Position numbers and translations under genes: made by a program
Part shown: positions 11,727 through 22,076 of the stretch, one piece after another
Layout of the letters: the number at the start of each line of letters is the position of its first letter
How positions within the stretch are numbered: position 1 is the first letter of the stretch
Notes under the pieces: model-generated
Database searches by the model: none
What the model saw: the letters and a program-made list of their open reading frames with translations, nothing else
What the model was told of the DNA's origin: nothing
NCBI GenBank assembly: GCA_038131935.1
Contig: JAYPQH010000005.1
Span: forward strand, 1 to 64,000
Direction: 5' to 3'
Source: Alphaproteobacteria bacterium
GTDB taxonomy: Bacteria; Pseudomonadota; Alphaproteobacteria; UBA8317
DNA length: 64,000 nucleotides

Positions 11727-11918
11727 TTAAAATCTCCTTGTAAGCAAAAATCGTAACAAGCGACCAATTCCTCTCCATAGTAGAAGTTGAAGAAGACGAT
11801 GTCGGAGTATAAAGTCCCATATCCGTCCAAAAAGATGACGTATACGCCATAAAAACCACAAAATAACGAGTATAAGCCCCAAAAACACAGCAATCTTGAT
11901 CATCAGGTACCTCTTCAA
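11727..11918 (-). CDS. Small basic membrane protein
   Basis: A hydrophobic helix IAVFLGLILVILWFLW is followed by an Arg-rich amphipathic segment. Confidence 0.45.
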   Translation of the reverse strand: MKRYLMIKIAVFLGLILVILWFLWRIRHLFGRIWDFILRHRLLQLLLWRGIGRLLRFLLTRRF

Positions 11919-12038
11919 ATGGTTTCGAAAAAAGCCATGACGTAAGATTTGTTTAGACTTGTTTCATACCACATGTAAGTCGATTGATGCTTATTGCCGC
12001 CCGTATCACTTAAGAAATTTGACTTAAGGAAAGTTTAC

Positions 12039-12470
12039 ATGACCGCTGATGATATTATTGCCACCCTTCAACTAAAACCCCACCCTGAGGGTGGCTACTA
12101 TCGCGAGACCTGGGTTGCGGAACATAGTCCCGGTACCCGCCCTACAGGTACCTGTATCTATTTCTTACTAGCTGAAGGTATGCGCAGTCATTGGCACAAA
12201 GTTGATGCCACAGAAATCTGGCATTTTCATTTGGGGGCAGAATTGCTTTTGACCTCGTCGCCCACCCAACATGGACCGGTTACGCGACATAGACTGGGTC
12301 CTGACCTGCTTAAGGGTGCGCGTCCACAAGTTATAGTTCCTGAATTGGTATGGCAATCAGCCCAGAGCATGGGCCCATGGAGCTTGGTAAGTTGCACGGT
12401 AAGCCCGGGCTTCCAGTTTGAAGGTTTTACGCTAGCCCCCCCAGATTTTATGATCATGGACAATATGTAA
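12039..12470 (+). CDS. Cupin superfamily protein (DUF985/Cupin_5)
   Basis: LKPHPEGGYYRETW, SHWHKVDATEIWHFH, LVSCTVSPGFQFEGF. AAGGA RBS precedes ATG 12039. Confidence 0.93.
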   Translation: MTADDIIATLQLKPHPEGGYYRETWVAEHSPGTRPTGTCIYFLLAEGMRSHWHKVDATEIWHFHLGAELLLTSSPTQHGPVTRHRLGPDLLKGARPQVIVPELVWQSAQSMGPWSLVSCTVSPGFQFEGFTLAPPDFMIMDNM

Positions 12471-12572
12471 ATGAAGTGAACTCATTGAGGAACAAATATT
12501 AAAATATTGACCTACTGATCTCTTACCCCTCATCATTATTTTAGTCTTATTGTGACAGACGAGGGGAAGATA

Positions 12573-13321
12573 ATGCGATCAATCCTGCGTGATGGCCATC
12601 ATGTTGATGGTGTTATGATCTTTGAATTTTTTACACCAGCTATTCCAACATTAATGGAGCAAGCCGGCGCCTCCTTTATTCTTTATGACATGGAACATAC
12701 AGGCATTAGTTTCGATGGCCTTCGCGACCAAGTCTCCTATTGTCGTGGCCTTTCGGTGCAGCCGATGGTCCGGGTGCCTCGTGGACAGTACAGTTTTTTG
12801 GCGCGAGCTTTGGATATCGGTATGCGTGGGGTGATGATACCCATGGTCGAAAGCCTCAAGGAAGCCCAAGAGATCGTTCAAGCTTGCCGCTATCCACCTC
12901 AAGGACGGCGTGGTGCAGCATTTGGTTTCGCCCATGATCATTACCAATCAGGCGACCCCGCCCAGATCATGCATCAAGCCAATGAAGATATTGTGGTGAT
13001 TGCCCAAATTGAAACAGAGCGCGGTCTGGAAGCCGTAGATGATATTGCTGCTTGTGAGGGGATTGATGTTTTGTGGATTGGTCATTTCGACCTCACAAAT
13101 TTTTTAGGTATCCCAGGGCAATTTGATCATCCGCTCTATAAAGACGCGGTGGCCAAAACAGTCCAAGCTGCACGGCGTCATGGAAAAGCCTGTGGTATCA
13201 TGGCCGCCAATGCGACTTGGCGGAGCAATATAAAGCCTTGGGCTTTTCGATGATAGCTTATGGACCAGATCATCAATTGTTGAAGCAGGCGATGTCAGAT
13301 CTTATCAATGGCGGAAGGTGA
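12573..13321 (+). CDS. HpcH/HpaI class II aldolase; frameshift near 13220
   Basis: DMEH, VRVP, RYPPQGRRG, QIET, WIGHFDL. The C-terminus MIAYGPDHQLLKQAM continues in another frame to TGA 13321. Confidence 0.9.
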
Positions 13322-13327
13322 GAAATC

Positions 13328-14311
13328 ATGACCTTTAAAATAGCATCAACAAGAGATTTGAGGCGTGCAGATGGAACAGCTGCGTTCTCTGAGCAAGCAT
13401 TTGAAGAACTTGCACGAAATCAAGACATCTCATGGGAATGGTTGCCTGATGATCTGGATGAACTGACCCCCGACATTCTAGCGCAATATGATGGGCTGCA
13501 TGTTAACACACCCAAAGTATCAGCATGGTCGGTGGGACGCTCAGACTGTCGCTGCAAGATCATTGCCCGAAATGGGGTTGGGTTTGATACTGTTGATGTA
13601 AAAGCATGCGAACAGCGCAATATCTTGGTCACCAATACACCATTGGCGATACAAAGGCCTGTTGCTGTTGCAGCCCTGACCTTTATTTTTGCACTGGCAG
13701 GTAAAATGATGAAGAAAGATCAACTTGTCCGCACAGGTCGCTGGCATGACCGCACAAGTTTTATGGGGGTTGGGCTCACGTCGCGAAGATTAGGCCTGAT
13801 CGGTGCGGGGGGAATAGGCCAAGAGCTCATACCACTTGCAAAACCATTTTTCCAAGAAATTTTGGTGGCGGATCCTTTTGTTTCGCCCGAAACATTGGCG
13901 AATTTGGGGGCCAGCAAAACATCATTTGATGACGTGATGACCCAATCAGATTTCGTGGTGGTTTTATGTCCACTTACTGAACAAACCTTCCATATGATTG
14001 ATGAACGGGCCTTTTCCTTAATGAAAAAGACAGCGTATTTTATCAATGTAGCCCGTGGTCCCATCCATGATGAAGAGGCTTTGATGCGGGCTTTGGAAAC
14101 AGGGCAAATAGCTGGGGCGGGGTTAGATGTCACGGAGCAAGAGCCTCTTGATCATCGAAGCCCATTGACGGCCATGGAACAAGTCATCCTTACCCCTCAT
14201 TCGCTGTGCTGGACAGATGAATGCTTCGAAGATATCGCGAGATCTGCGTTGCGGGCTATTGTGGATGTGTCGTTAGGGCTTTCTCCCGCTCATCCTGTGA
14301 AAGCGTCCTAA
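13328..14311 (+). CDS. D-isomer-specific 2-hydroxyacid dehydrogenase
   Basis: GVGFDTVD, GAGGIG, INVARG, LDVTEQEP, LTPH. Confidence 0.93.
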   Translation: MTFKIASTRDLRRADGTAAFSEQAFEELARNQDISWEWLPDDLDELTPDILAQYDGLHVNTPKVSAWSVGRSDCRCKIIARNGVGFDTVDVKACEQRNILVTNTPLAIQRPVAVAALTFIFALAGKMMKKDQLVRTGRWHDRTSFMGVGLTSRRLGLIGAGGIGQELIPLAKPFFQEILVADPFVSPETLANLGASKTSFDDVMTQSDFVVVLCPLTEQTFHMIDERAFSLMKKTAYFINVARGPIHDEEALMRALETGQIAGAGLDVTEQEPLDHRSPLTAMEQVILTPHSLCWTDECFEDIARSALRAIVDVSLGLSPAHPVKAS

Positions 14312-14316
14312 CCACG

Positions 14317-15588
14317 TCATCTTTTTGTGGATGGTGTGAAGGGTCGGTCAGCCCGAAATGCATCTAAGTCGATATTGATGGGATTTCCTTCGATAGATTG
14401 GGCCAAAATTCGTCCTGTTTTCGCGCTGCCCGTGAGTCCAACATGTTGGTGGCCAAAAGCACCCCATAAGTTTTTCCCCTGATCTTTAGAAGAAGAGGTG
14501 AGGGACCCTAAAATGGGTAATGAGTCAGGTAAGGCGGGGCGATGGCCAAACCAATCCTCGGTATGATCATAGCTTAATTGCGGAAGATAGCGTCGGACAG
14601 ATCGTTTTAGCATGTCTAGGGGTGGTTGTGCTGCGTGATGGAGATGGTTGCCAAATTCTACAAGACCTGCAGCCCTGATGCGTCCCCGCATCGGTGAAAT
14701 AATATATTTACCAGACATGACGGTCATAGGGTTTTTAGGGGCCATATTGGGGTTTATAAATTCAACATGATACCCAGTTTCGCGTTCTAATGGTACGGAT
14801 AGGCCTTGTTGTTGCAAGATTTTCTTGGACCAAACACCCATCGTAACAAAGACATGATCAGCTGAGAAATCCTCATCTTTTGCTTTTACCAGTGGGCGGG
14901 GGCCTGTTTTGATGTCTACCTCGGTCACGTCTTTGATCAGCAAGGTACCACCTTGCTCAACAAAATGTTCAGCAAGGGCTCTGACACAGGCTGGTGGATC
15001 TGCAATCATACCATGATCAACACAGCGCACCACTTTGGCAAAACATCCAGAAAAAATGGGGTCATGGGCTTCATATTCTTGGCCAGATAATGTTTCAAAC
15101 CGAATGCCTGCCTGTTGACGTAAATCCCAGCCCTTTTGATCTTGTGCCCATTGATATTCATGGTCATAGCCAAAGCAATAATCAGCTTCTTTGATATACT
15201 CCATGGCAATTGTGTCCTGGGCTAACGCACGATGCTGGGCAAGACTATCATAAATCAGAGGTCCCATTTTTTCTGCGTAATATTGCACATGAGATGTCCG
15301 GCAATGCTGGAGATAACGGGTTAGGAAAGGAACCATGCGCAAAGCACCTGACCAGCGAACAAATAGAGGGCCATCTGGGTCAAAGAGCATTTTGGGGACT
15401 TTTTTCCATAAACCTGGGGTCGTGACAGGGACCAAAGACGCAGACGCCAACATGCCCGCATTGCCATGTGATGCGCCAGCTGCGGGACCTTCTCGGTCTA
15501 TCAAAACAACCTCATGCCCTGAGCGTTGTAGCCAAATGGCTGTTGAAACCCCCACGATGCCTGCACCAAGAACAAGACATTGACTCAT
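14317..15588 (-). CDS. FAD-dependent D-amino acid dehydrogenase-like oxidoreductase (DadA/DAO family)
   Basis: GAGIVG, ASHGNAG, GHRPALPDSLP, AFGHQHVGLT. Confidence 0.9.
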   Translation of the reverse strand: MSQCLVLGAGIVGVSTAIWLQRSGHEVVLIDREGPAAGASHGNAGMLASASLVPVTTPGLWKKVPKMLFDPDGPLFVRWSGALRMVPFLTRYLQHCRTSHVQYYAEKMGPLIYDSLAQHRALAQDTIAMEYIKEADYCFGYDHEYQWAQDQKGWDLRQQAGIRFETLSGQEYEAHDPIFSGCFAKVVRCVDHGMIADPPACVRALAEHFVEQGGTLLIKDVTEVDIKTGPRPLVKAKDEDFSADHVFVTMGVWSKKILQQQGLSVPLERETGYHVEFINPNMAPKNPMTVMSGKYIISPMRGRIRAAGLVEFGNHLHHAAQPPLDMLKRSVRRYLPQLSYDHTEDWFGHRPALPDSLPILGSLTSSSKDQGKNLWGAFGHQHVGLTGSAKTGRILAQSIEGNPINIDLDAFRADRPFTPSTKR

Positions 15589-15618
15589 TTTTGCTGCTCC
15601 TTGGTCAGTAAATGGTTA

Positions 15619-16278
15619 TCAGAATTTTCCATATTTTAGGTAGGCTTCTTGTGGGTCAATCCCTTGCTGAATAGCTTTTCTGATGGCGCTTTCTGTTCCG
15701 ATATCTTGTTCTGCTTGGGTGACAATATCTTCAATATGTTCTTGTGGTATGCGGATCAAACCATCTATGTCGCCCAAGATATAGTCACCCGGTTTGATAT
15801 CCACCATGCCAATCCGAATGGGTATTTGGGTTGCTGCTGGTAACCACCAACCCACAATATCTCTTGGTGTGAACCCACTACAAAATGTTTGAAATTTTAG
15901 TTTTTTCAAAAAAGAAATATCCCGTGCCATGCCATCTACAACCGCACCACGAACCCCTTTGTCCCTCAAGGTTTCTGCTGAGAGTTCTCCCATATGGGCC
16001 ACTTCATTATCTTGGGTCTGGTTGACCCAAACATGGCCCTCAGGACATGCAGATAATAAGCCTGTCCATGCCAGCAAGGTTTCATGGGGGTCGGCCGTTG
16101 GATCTACTTTCCCCAAAATCGTGAATATCGGCCCTGCCAAAATCTGATCAGGTAGGATGGGGCGCAGGTTTGAGGGGAGAACAAAATCACGTAATCCCAT
16201 TTTCCGCATGATATCGTGGACCACAGCTGTGTAACAAGTTTCAAGACGTGCGGTGATGGCTGATGCTTCCATGAACAT
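15619..16278 (-). CDS. RraA/HMG-CHA aldolase family protein
   Basis: TAVVHD, MGELSA...GAVVDGMARD, PGDYILGDIDG. Confidence 0.88.
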   Translation of the reverse strand: MFMEASAITARLETCYTAVVHDIMRKMGLRDFVLPSNLRPILPDQILAGPIFTILGKVDPTADPHETLLAWTGLLSACPEGHVWVNQTQDNEVAHMGELSAETLRDKGVRGAVVDGMARDISFLKKLKFQTFCSGFTPRDIVGWWLPAATQIPIRIGMVDIKPGDYILGDIDGLIRIPQEHIEDIVTQAEQDIGTESAIRKAIQQGIDPQEAYLKYGKF

Positions 16279-16389
16279 TCTCCTTAATCATAACAATTTT
16301 GGTCGGGAACCTGTTCCCTTTCTTTCAACACTAAGCTTGGTTATCTTGGAGCTAGGAAAGAGGAAAGTCGACAGAAAAGGGAGAAGGTT

Positions 16390-17517
16390 GTGCTGACAGA
16401 TCAGGAGATCATAACAAAAATTTTTCATCATATTGATCATCAAACAACCGACATGGGCGATACAGTCTGGCGTGAACCGGTGGAGCATTATCATTGTCCA
16501 AAACGGTTTGAACAAGAAATGAAGCTTATGCGCAGGCTTCCTATTCCTTTTTGCCCTTCTGCAGCCCTTCCAAATCCTGGCGATTATGTTGCCCGTGATG
16601 CAGCGGGTACGCCTCTACTTGTTGTGCGGGGACGTGATGGCCAAGTGCGTGGGTTTCGTAATGCATGTCGTCATCGTGGCATGCCGGTTGTGGAAAACGC
16701 ACAAGGCCATAAGCCAAGTTTTACCTGTCGTTACCATGCTTGGTCTTATGGGCTTGATGGGGCATTGATGCATGTGCCTGGAGGATTGGAAGAGGGTTTT
16801 CCTGGCTGTGCGCAGAAAGATATGGGTTTACAACAGGTCTTTGCCGTCCAGGAATTTGGTGGTTTGGTGTTCATCACGCAGGATGAGCCTGTTAGTGAAG
16901 GGGCATTAGGGGGCCTCAAGCCATTGTTTGACCCTGAACAGGTTGTGTTCAATTGTGTTGAATTTGTTGATGACACCAATTGGAAGTTGATTGGTGAAAC
17001 ATCCATGGAAGGCTACCATATCAAGGCTTTGCACAAAGAATCTTTTTATCCCTACGGGTATGACAATCTCAACATTGTATCTTTGTATGGTATGAATTCA
17101 CGGATTATATTTCCATTTCGCCGTGTCGAAAAATTGCGTGATAAACCTCAAGATGAATGGCGGTTGCAGGGCATGGTGACCGATGTTTACCAAATGTTCC
17201 CCAATACCCATGTCACCGTGCTTTCCAATCATTCGATGCTGATTATTCTTGACCCTATTTCACCAACCCAAACCCGCTGGATTGTCTATCAATTAAGTCC
17301 CAAACCTATTGATGGAAAAGTCTATGATTTAGAGAAAATCAAAAAAGACGCAAACTTTGTTCAAGATACTGGCTTGGTTGAAGATCGCGAAGCGGCTGCA
17401 GGAATTTTGCGGCATATATCAAGTGGTGCCAATGACGTGTTTACATTCGGACGATTTGAGCAAGCCATCTGTCATTTCCATCACCATCTTACCGATCAGC
17501 TTGCTCGTCTTGGTTAA
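16390..17517 (+). CDS. Rieske non-heme iron oxygenase, alpha subunit
   Basis: Rieske ligands CRH...CRYH; mononuclear Fe site NWK...EGYHIKALH and EDRE. Confidence 0.93.
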   Translation: MLTDQEIITKIFHHIDHQTTDMGDTVWREPVEHYHCPKRFEQEMKLMRRLPIPFCPSAALPNPGDYVARDAAGTPLLVVRGRDGQVRGFRNACRHRGMPVVENAQGHKPSFTCRYHAWSYGLDGALMHVPGGLEEGFPGCAQKDMGLQQVFAVQEFGGLVFITQDEPVSEGALGGLKPLFDPEQVVFNCVEFVDDTNWKLIGETSMEGYHIKALHKESFYPYGYDNLNIVSLYGMNSRIIFPFRRVEKLRDKPQDEWRLQGMVTDVYQMFPNTHVTVLSNHSMLIILDPISPTQTRWIVYQLSPKPIDGKVYDLEKIKKDANFVQDTGLVEDREAAAGILRHISSGANDVFTFGRFEQAICHFHHHLTDQLARLG

Positions 17518-18737
17518 TCTTCATGGGGTGAGGCTTGATGCACCACCCCCTCTTTTAAAAAGATACGGATATCTTCTGATCCATAACCCAAACCCTCAAG
17601 AATTTGTTCGCTTTGAGCCCCCAAGCGCGGAACGGGTTTGGTGATCGCAGCGCCGTCTTGATCCAATGTAAACCCAGAGGCAACAATATGTTGGTCATCA
17701 GCGTCTCTGTTTATTGGCGCTTTCATGATGATATCACGATAGTGCAGCTGCTCTAGAGCGGTCGTTTCTGCCAAATTGTTTACTTTGGCAATGGGGATGC
17801 CTCGTCGTGACAAACGTATTTCCCAATTTTGTGCGGTGTCATCCAAAAAGGCAGCGCGCAGACTGTTTTGCACCCGCGTGCGATGTTTGATGAGGCCAGC
17901 TATGGTTTGAAGGGCCTCATCATCGCGCAAATCATGCAAGCCTGTCTCTTCAAATAGAATATGGGCATGGTGTATTTGGGTGGCGGCGAGAAGAATATTG
18001 CCCTCTTTTGTGGCGAATCCATCTGCCATGGGAAGACCTGTTATGGATCCATTGCCCGTCAATTGCGCTAGATGGCCATCGAGCAAATATTGGTTAACAG
18101 ATGTGGCTTGTAACAAAAGTGCTGCATCAAGCATGGCAACATCAATATATTGACCATCTCCTGTTTGTGCACGCCGAAATAATGCAGAAGCGATGGCAAA
18201 GGCTGCGGTCATGCCGGTCATCATATCAACGGGCAAATAGGTTGTTCGCATAGGACCGGTTTGCATTGATCCATTACCTGCCATCATCCCAGACATCGCC
18301 TGAATAGCACCATCATATGCAGCATCAGCGCTTTTGGGTCCTTTCTGTCCAAAGCCAGACAAGGCACAAATGACCAGATCAGGTTTAAGGGCTTGTAACG
18401 TGGGGGCATCAAGCCCCAAACGTTCCACAATGCCAGCACGGAAATTATGAATAACAACATCAGATTGTGCTATCAAACGGTGCGCAATGGCTTGGCCTTT
18501 GGAGGACTTAAGATCTAATGCTAAACTTTTCTTGTTATGGTTCATCCCCAAAAATGCTGTGGCCATACCATCTTCAGACCCAGGCCCAGGGATGAGTCGA
18601 TCGCGGAGCTGATCACCTCCTTTGACAGGCTCAACCTTGATAACATCAGCACCCAGTAAACCCAATTGCAAAGAGGCAAAAGGTGCTGCGAGTACTTGGC
18701 CAAATTCAACGACTTTTATCTCAGAAAAAGCTTGCAT
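17514..18737 (-). CDS. Class III CoA-transferase (CaiB/BaiF)
   Basis: LGADVIKVE, NHNKKSLALDLK, NFRAG, SGFGQ, catalytic Asp in AYDGAIQ/PVDMM context. Confidence 0.93.
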   Translation of the reverse strand: MQAFSEIKVVEFGQVLAAPFASLQLGLLGADVIKVEPVKGGDQLRDRLIPGPGSEDGMATAFLGMNHNKKSLALDLKSSKGQAIAHRLIAQSDVVIHNFRAGIVERLGLDAPTLQALKPDLVICALSGFGQKGPKSADAAYDGAIQAMSGMMAGNGSMQTGPMRTTYLPVDMMTGMTAAFAIASALFRRAQTGDGQYIDVAMLDAALLLQATSVNQYLLDGHLAQLTGNGSITGLPMADGFATKEGNILLAATQIHHAHILFEETGLHDLRDDEALQTIAGLIKHRTRVQNSLRAAFLDDTAQNWEIRLSRRGIPIAKVNNLAETTALEQLHYRDIIMKAPINRDADDQHIVASGFTLDQDGAAITKPVPRLGAQSEQILEGLGYGSEDIRIFLKEGVVHQASPHED

Positions 18738-19612
18738 TAATTCTCCGGTTTCTCTTTGGAAGCCTCTGTCAGGTCTGTCTTATCAACAGGCTCTGCGGGC
18801 TTTGGGGGTGGGGGAAGTGTTTTCCCCACAATACGGCGGAACTGATCCATCAAATAATTTGTGTTGGCAGGTTGTTCCATCATGGTGAAGTGACCACCTG
18901 GGAGTAAGGTTATTGTTACATCCTGGCCATGCTGTGCGATGAAGTCCGCAAACACGCCATGTGTCGTGCCATCCAATGCAACGCGTTGACCATCAGGGAG
19001 AATATCTGTGCTTTGAATGACCAATATAGGCTGCTTTAAGGAGGCCACCACGGATTGCGCATCCACGGCATCAAAACGCCGCACGTCTTTGAACAAGGGG
19101 ACAACCAAGTCTGGATTGTTGCCAACAACATAGTCCAAAATTTCGCGTTTGAGGTAATCGAACCTTGGCTCATAAAACATCATGTTAAATGTATGTTGGG
19201 CAAAGGGAACAAAGCCCATATCATGAACTTTGTCGACAAATGCTTGGGGATCTATATCGGGGTCATTTCCTTGCTTTGAACCATCGACCAAAATGAGGCC
19301 CACACATCGCTCATTGAGCATTTGAGCTGTTCTCAGCGCGATACGACAACCCATGGAATGGCCCACCAAGATGACACGGCCTTTCATCTTTTCTTGGATA
19401 AGTGCTGCCAAGCGCTCACAGACCGTTTCCACATTCATGTCTTCGGCTTTTGCCATTGTCTGCCCATGTCCTAACAGGTCAACGGCAAGCACTTCTGTGC
19501 GATGTCGAAAATATTCCGACTGATGGCGCCAATGCTCCAAATGACATAAAAAACCATGAATAAAGACCAAGCCTGGTTCGCCTTGGCCATGATGTTGATG
19601 ATGTATCGTCAT
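18737..19612 (-). CDS. Alpha/beta hydrolase
   Basis: FIHGF, DLLGHG, GHSMG nucleophile elbow, GGHF. Confidence 0.92.
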   Translation of the reverse strand: MTIHHQHHGQGEPGLVFIHGFLCHLEHWRHQSEYFRHRTEVLAVDLLGHGQTMAKAEDMNVETVCERLAALIQEKMKGRVILVGHSMGCRIALRTAQMLNERCVGLILVDGSKQGNDPDIDPQAFVDKVHDMGFVPFAQHTFNMMFYEPRFDYLKREILDYVVGNNPDLVVPLFKDVRRFDAVDAQSVVASLKQPILVIQSTDILPDGQRVALDGTTHGVFADFIAQHGQDVTITLLPGGHFTMMEQPANTNYLMDQFRRIVGKTLPPPPKPAEPVDKTDLTEASKEKPEN

Positions 19613-19633
19613 GTCATGTTCCTTAAAATATGG

Positions 19634-20389
19634 TTAGCGACGCAAAGCAGGAAGCCCAACTGCGGTTGATTCAAAACCTCCATCAACGGATAGAACCTGC
19701 CCTGTCACATAACTGGCCTCAGGGGATGCGAGGAAAACAATGCCGCGGGCGATTTCCTCTTCTGAGCCATAGCGATTAAGAGGGATGGCATCATGATAGG
19801 CATCAATAATTTCTTGACTATGAACCGCCATGGCGAGTTTTGTCCGTACAGGTCCTGGTGCAACACAATTTGCCCTTACACGATATTCACCAAGTTCTGC
19901 TGCTTGTTGTTTGGTCAGTTGGATCACAGCAGCTTTAGAGGTTCCGTAGGCAACCCGTAAGGTGGAGGCGCGCAAACCAGAAATTGACGCAATATTCACA
20001 ATAGATCCTTCGGTCTTTTTAAGATGTGGGATGGCGGCTTGGCCACATAAAAAGACCCCATCAAGATTGGTGGCCATTACGGTGCGCCATCTCTCAAAAT
20101 CAGTATCCTCTAAGGGTGCAAAATCAGCCACACCTGCATTGTTGATGATGGTATCAAGCCGGCCAGACCAGGCAATCACATCACGCATCATGTTCTCAAC
20201 TTGGTCAGGTTGCGAGACATCGCAGGTGAAGGTTTTGACGTTCTCTAAAGATTGGGCTGCTTCGAACAACGCCTCTTCATCTCGGTCGATCATGGCGACT
20301 TGATAGCCTTTTTGTAAAAATAATTTTGTGGTCGCAAGGCCTATGCCTCGCGCCGACCCTGTCACAAGGGCTGTCATTGTGTCATTCAT
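19634..20389 (-). CDS. SDR family oxidoreductase
   Basis: TGSARGIG, NNAG, YGTSK. Confidence 0.95.
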   Translation of the reverse strand: MNDTMTALVTGSARGIGLATTKLFLQKGYQVAMIDRDEEALFEAAQSLENVKTFTCDVSQPDQVENMMRDVIAWSGRLDTIINNAGVADFAPLEDTDFERWRTVMATNLDGVFLCGQAAIPHLKKTEGSIVNIASISGLRASTLRVAYGTSKAAVIQLTKQQAAELGEYRVRANCVAPGPVRTKLAMAVHSQEIIDAYHDAIPLNRYGSEEEIARGIVFLASPEASYVTGQVLSVDGGFESTAVGLPALRR

Positions 20390-21771
20390 GAAGAAACTCC
20401 TGCAATTGGTTGGGTGGTGGCGATGATGTCAGCCGCGTCGAAAAGAATATCTTCGCGATGATGACTGGCAACCAACTGCACACCTACCGGGATATTGTTA
20501 TCCAGATTTGTGGTAACCGTCATGCCGGGAAGGCCCATCAATGGCAAACCAATTTGGAGCATCTGATTTTCCATGATGGCATCAAAAGCAGGCTCTGATG
20601 AGACATCTTCATGATCCGAAAAAGGAAGTGCCCCTGACACTGGGCACAAAACAAGTGGGTATTGTTGCAAGAATAACCGCCAGGTGCGGGTTAAGGCTGC
20701 ACGTCTTTGCAATGTGTCCAAAAATCCATTCAAATCTGTGGTGGGTGCATGACGAAGCAAACCTTGATAAACGATATTGGCATCAGGATCGTTTTCTTGG
20801 GCGATGGTTTGCCCCCCATGACGGAGCATCTCTGCAAGCCATAAAGTAAGCTGTAGACTAACGGCCTCTCGGACTGGAGGAAGAGGGACTTCCTCCACAA
20901 CCCAGCCCGCGTCGCGTAGTTTGTCAGCGGTAAGCTGTAGTTCCTTGACAATGCGCTGATCAGTAGAAAGGCCTTCGGGATGGGTGCACAAAGCCACACG
21001 ACGCTCATAAGGACGGCCGCGATAGGGAAGGTCAATATTCCAAGCATCTCGCAGATCATGTTGTCGAAGGGCTTCAAATCCTAAGCGCACATCATCAAGT
21101 GAACGCGCCATAGGTCCAGAAACTGCCATCAATTGGGCACCAATATGACGATCCATCCCTGAAAAGTTGTGCGCGGCGACCCGTCCTAATGAGGGACGCA
21201 GGCCATGAATTCCACATGCGTAAGCCGGGTAGCGAATAGAACCTGCAATATCTGTCCCATGCGCAATCGCACCAATACCGGCAGCAGCTGCTGCGGCACC
21301 ACCACCTGATGATCCCCCTGGGGTCAATGCATGATTACGCGGGTTTTTTGTGGCGCCATGAAGTTGGTTGCGTGTGAACCAGCGGATGGAAAAGGCTGGG
21401 GTATTGGTGCGGCCAATAATGAGTGCGCCTGCACGCCTTAGATTGCTCACAACAGGGCTATCAACATCTGCGATGAGATCTTTTTGCAAGGTAATCCCGT
21501 TGGTTGTTGCATGGCCTTTTTGGTCAACATTGACCTTCACCGTCACGGGTACGCCCGCCAAAGGCCCCACCGACAAACCAGCAGAAATGGCTTGATCTAT
21601 TGCATGTGCAGCAAGTTCCGCCTCCTCATAGGTGGGGGTGACAATAGCATTAATACTTGGGTTTACCTTGTTGGCATGCTCAATATGAGCTTCCAAAATG
21701 TCTTTGGCCGATAATGCGCCAGAGGATACAGATTGTGCAATTTCTTTGGCAGTAAGATGAATAAGGCTCAT
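20386..21771 (-). CDS. Amidase signature family protein
   Basis: GVPVTVK, TPGGSSGG, GTDIAGSIRYPA. Confidence 0.95.
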   Translation of the reverse strand: MSLIHLTAKEIAQSVSSGALSAKDILEAHIEHANKVNPSINAIVTPTYEEAELAAHAIDQAISAGLSVGPLAGVPVTVKVNVDQKGHATTNGITLQKDLIADVDSPVVSNLRRAGALIIGRTNTPAFSIRWFTRNQLHGATKNPRNHALTPGGSSGGGAAAAAAGIGAIAHGTDIAGSIRYPAYACGIHGLRPSLGRVAAHNFSGMDRHIGAQLMAVSGPMARSLDDVRLGFEALRQHDLRDAWNIDLPYRGRPYERRVALCTHPEGLSTDQRIVKELQLTADKLRDAGWVVEEVPLPPVREAVSLQLTLWLAEMLRHGGQTIAQENDPDANIVYQGLLRHAPTTDLNGFLDTLQRRAALTRTWRLFLQQYPLVLCPVSGALPFSDHEDVSSEPAFDAIMENQMLQIGLPLMGLPGMTVTTNLDNNIPVGVQLVASHHREDILFDAADIIATTQPIAGVSS

Positions 21772-22076
21772 GACAAAAGCTCCTGTTTCATGGTGAGTAC
21801 ATGACGGACGCGCCTAACTTTATCTCCCCATTGGCGGTCAAATTCTGCACCTAAGGTGGGAAGCTGTTCATCGATGGCTTGTTGGGCTTGCTCGAGGGAA
21901 GGAAAGTGGTAAAGGGCAACATGCAATGGTGGGGCCGCGTCCGTCCATCCGCGTTGGGCTTTTGATGAACCAAAAGCTTGATGGGCTTGGGGGAGGTGCT
22001 CATGTTGGTACCATTGGTCAAAGTTTGCATGTGCGTCTTCGTCAATATCCGATATGATCATAAATATAGCACTCAT
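21768..22076 (-). CDS. Dimeric alpha/beta barrel protein (EthD/DUF4286-like)
   Basis: FDQWYQHEHLP motif; 4-bp overlaps with both neighbours. Confidence 0.7.
   Translation of the reverse strand: MSAIFMIISDIDEDAHANFDQWYQHEHLPQAHQAFGSSKAQRGWTDAAPPLHVALYHFPSLEQAQQAIDEQLPTLGAEFDRQWGDKVRRVRHVLTMKQELLS

Noticed and set aside
17514-17517. Convergent genes sharing stop codons in a TTAA palindrome
   Set aside because: This is a common compact-genome arrangement with no further signal.
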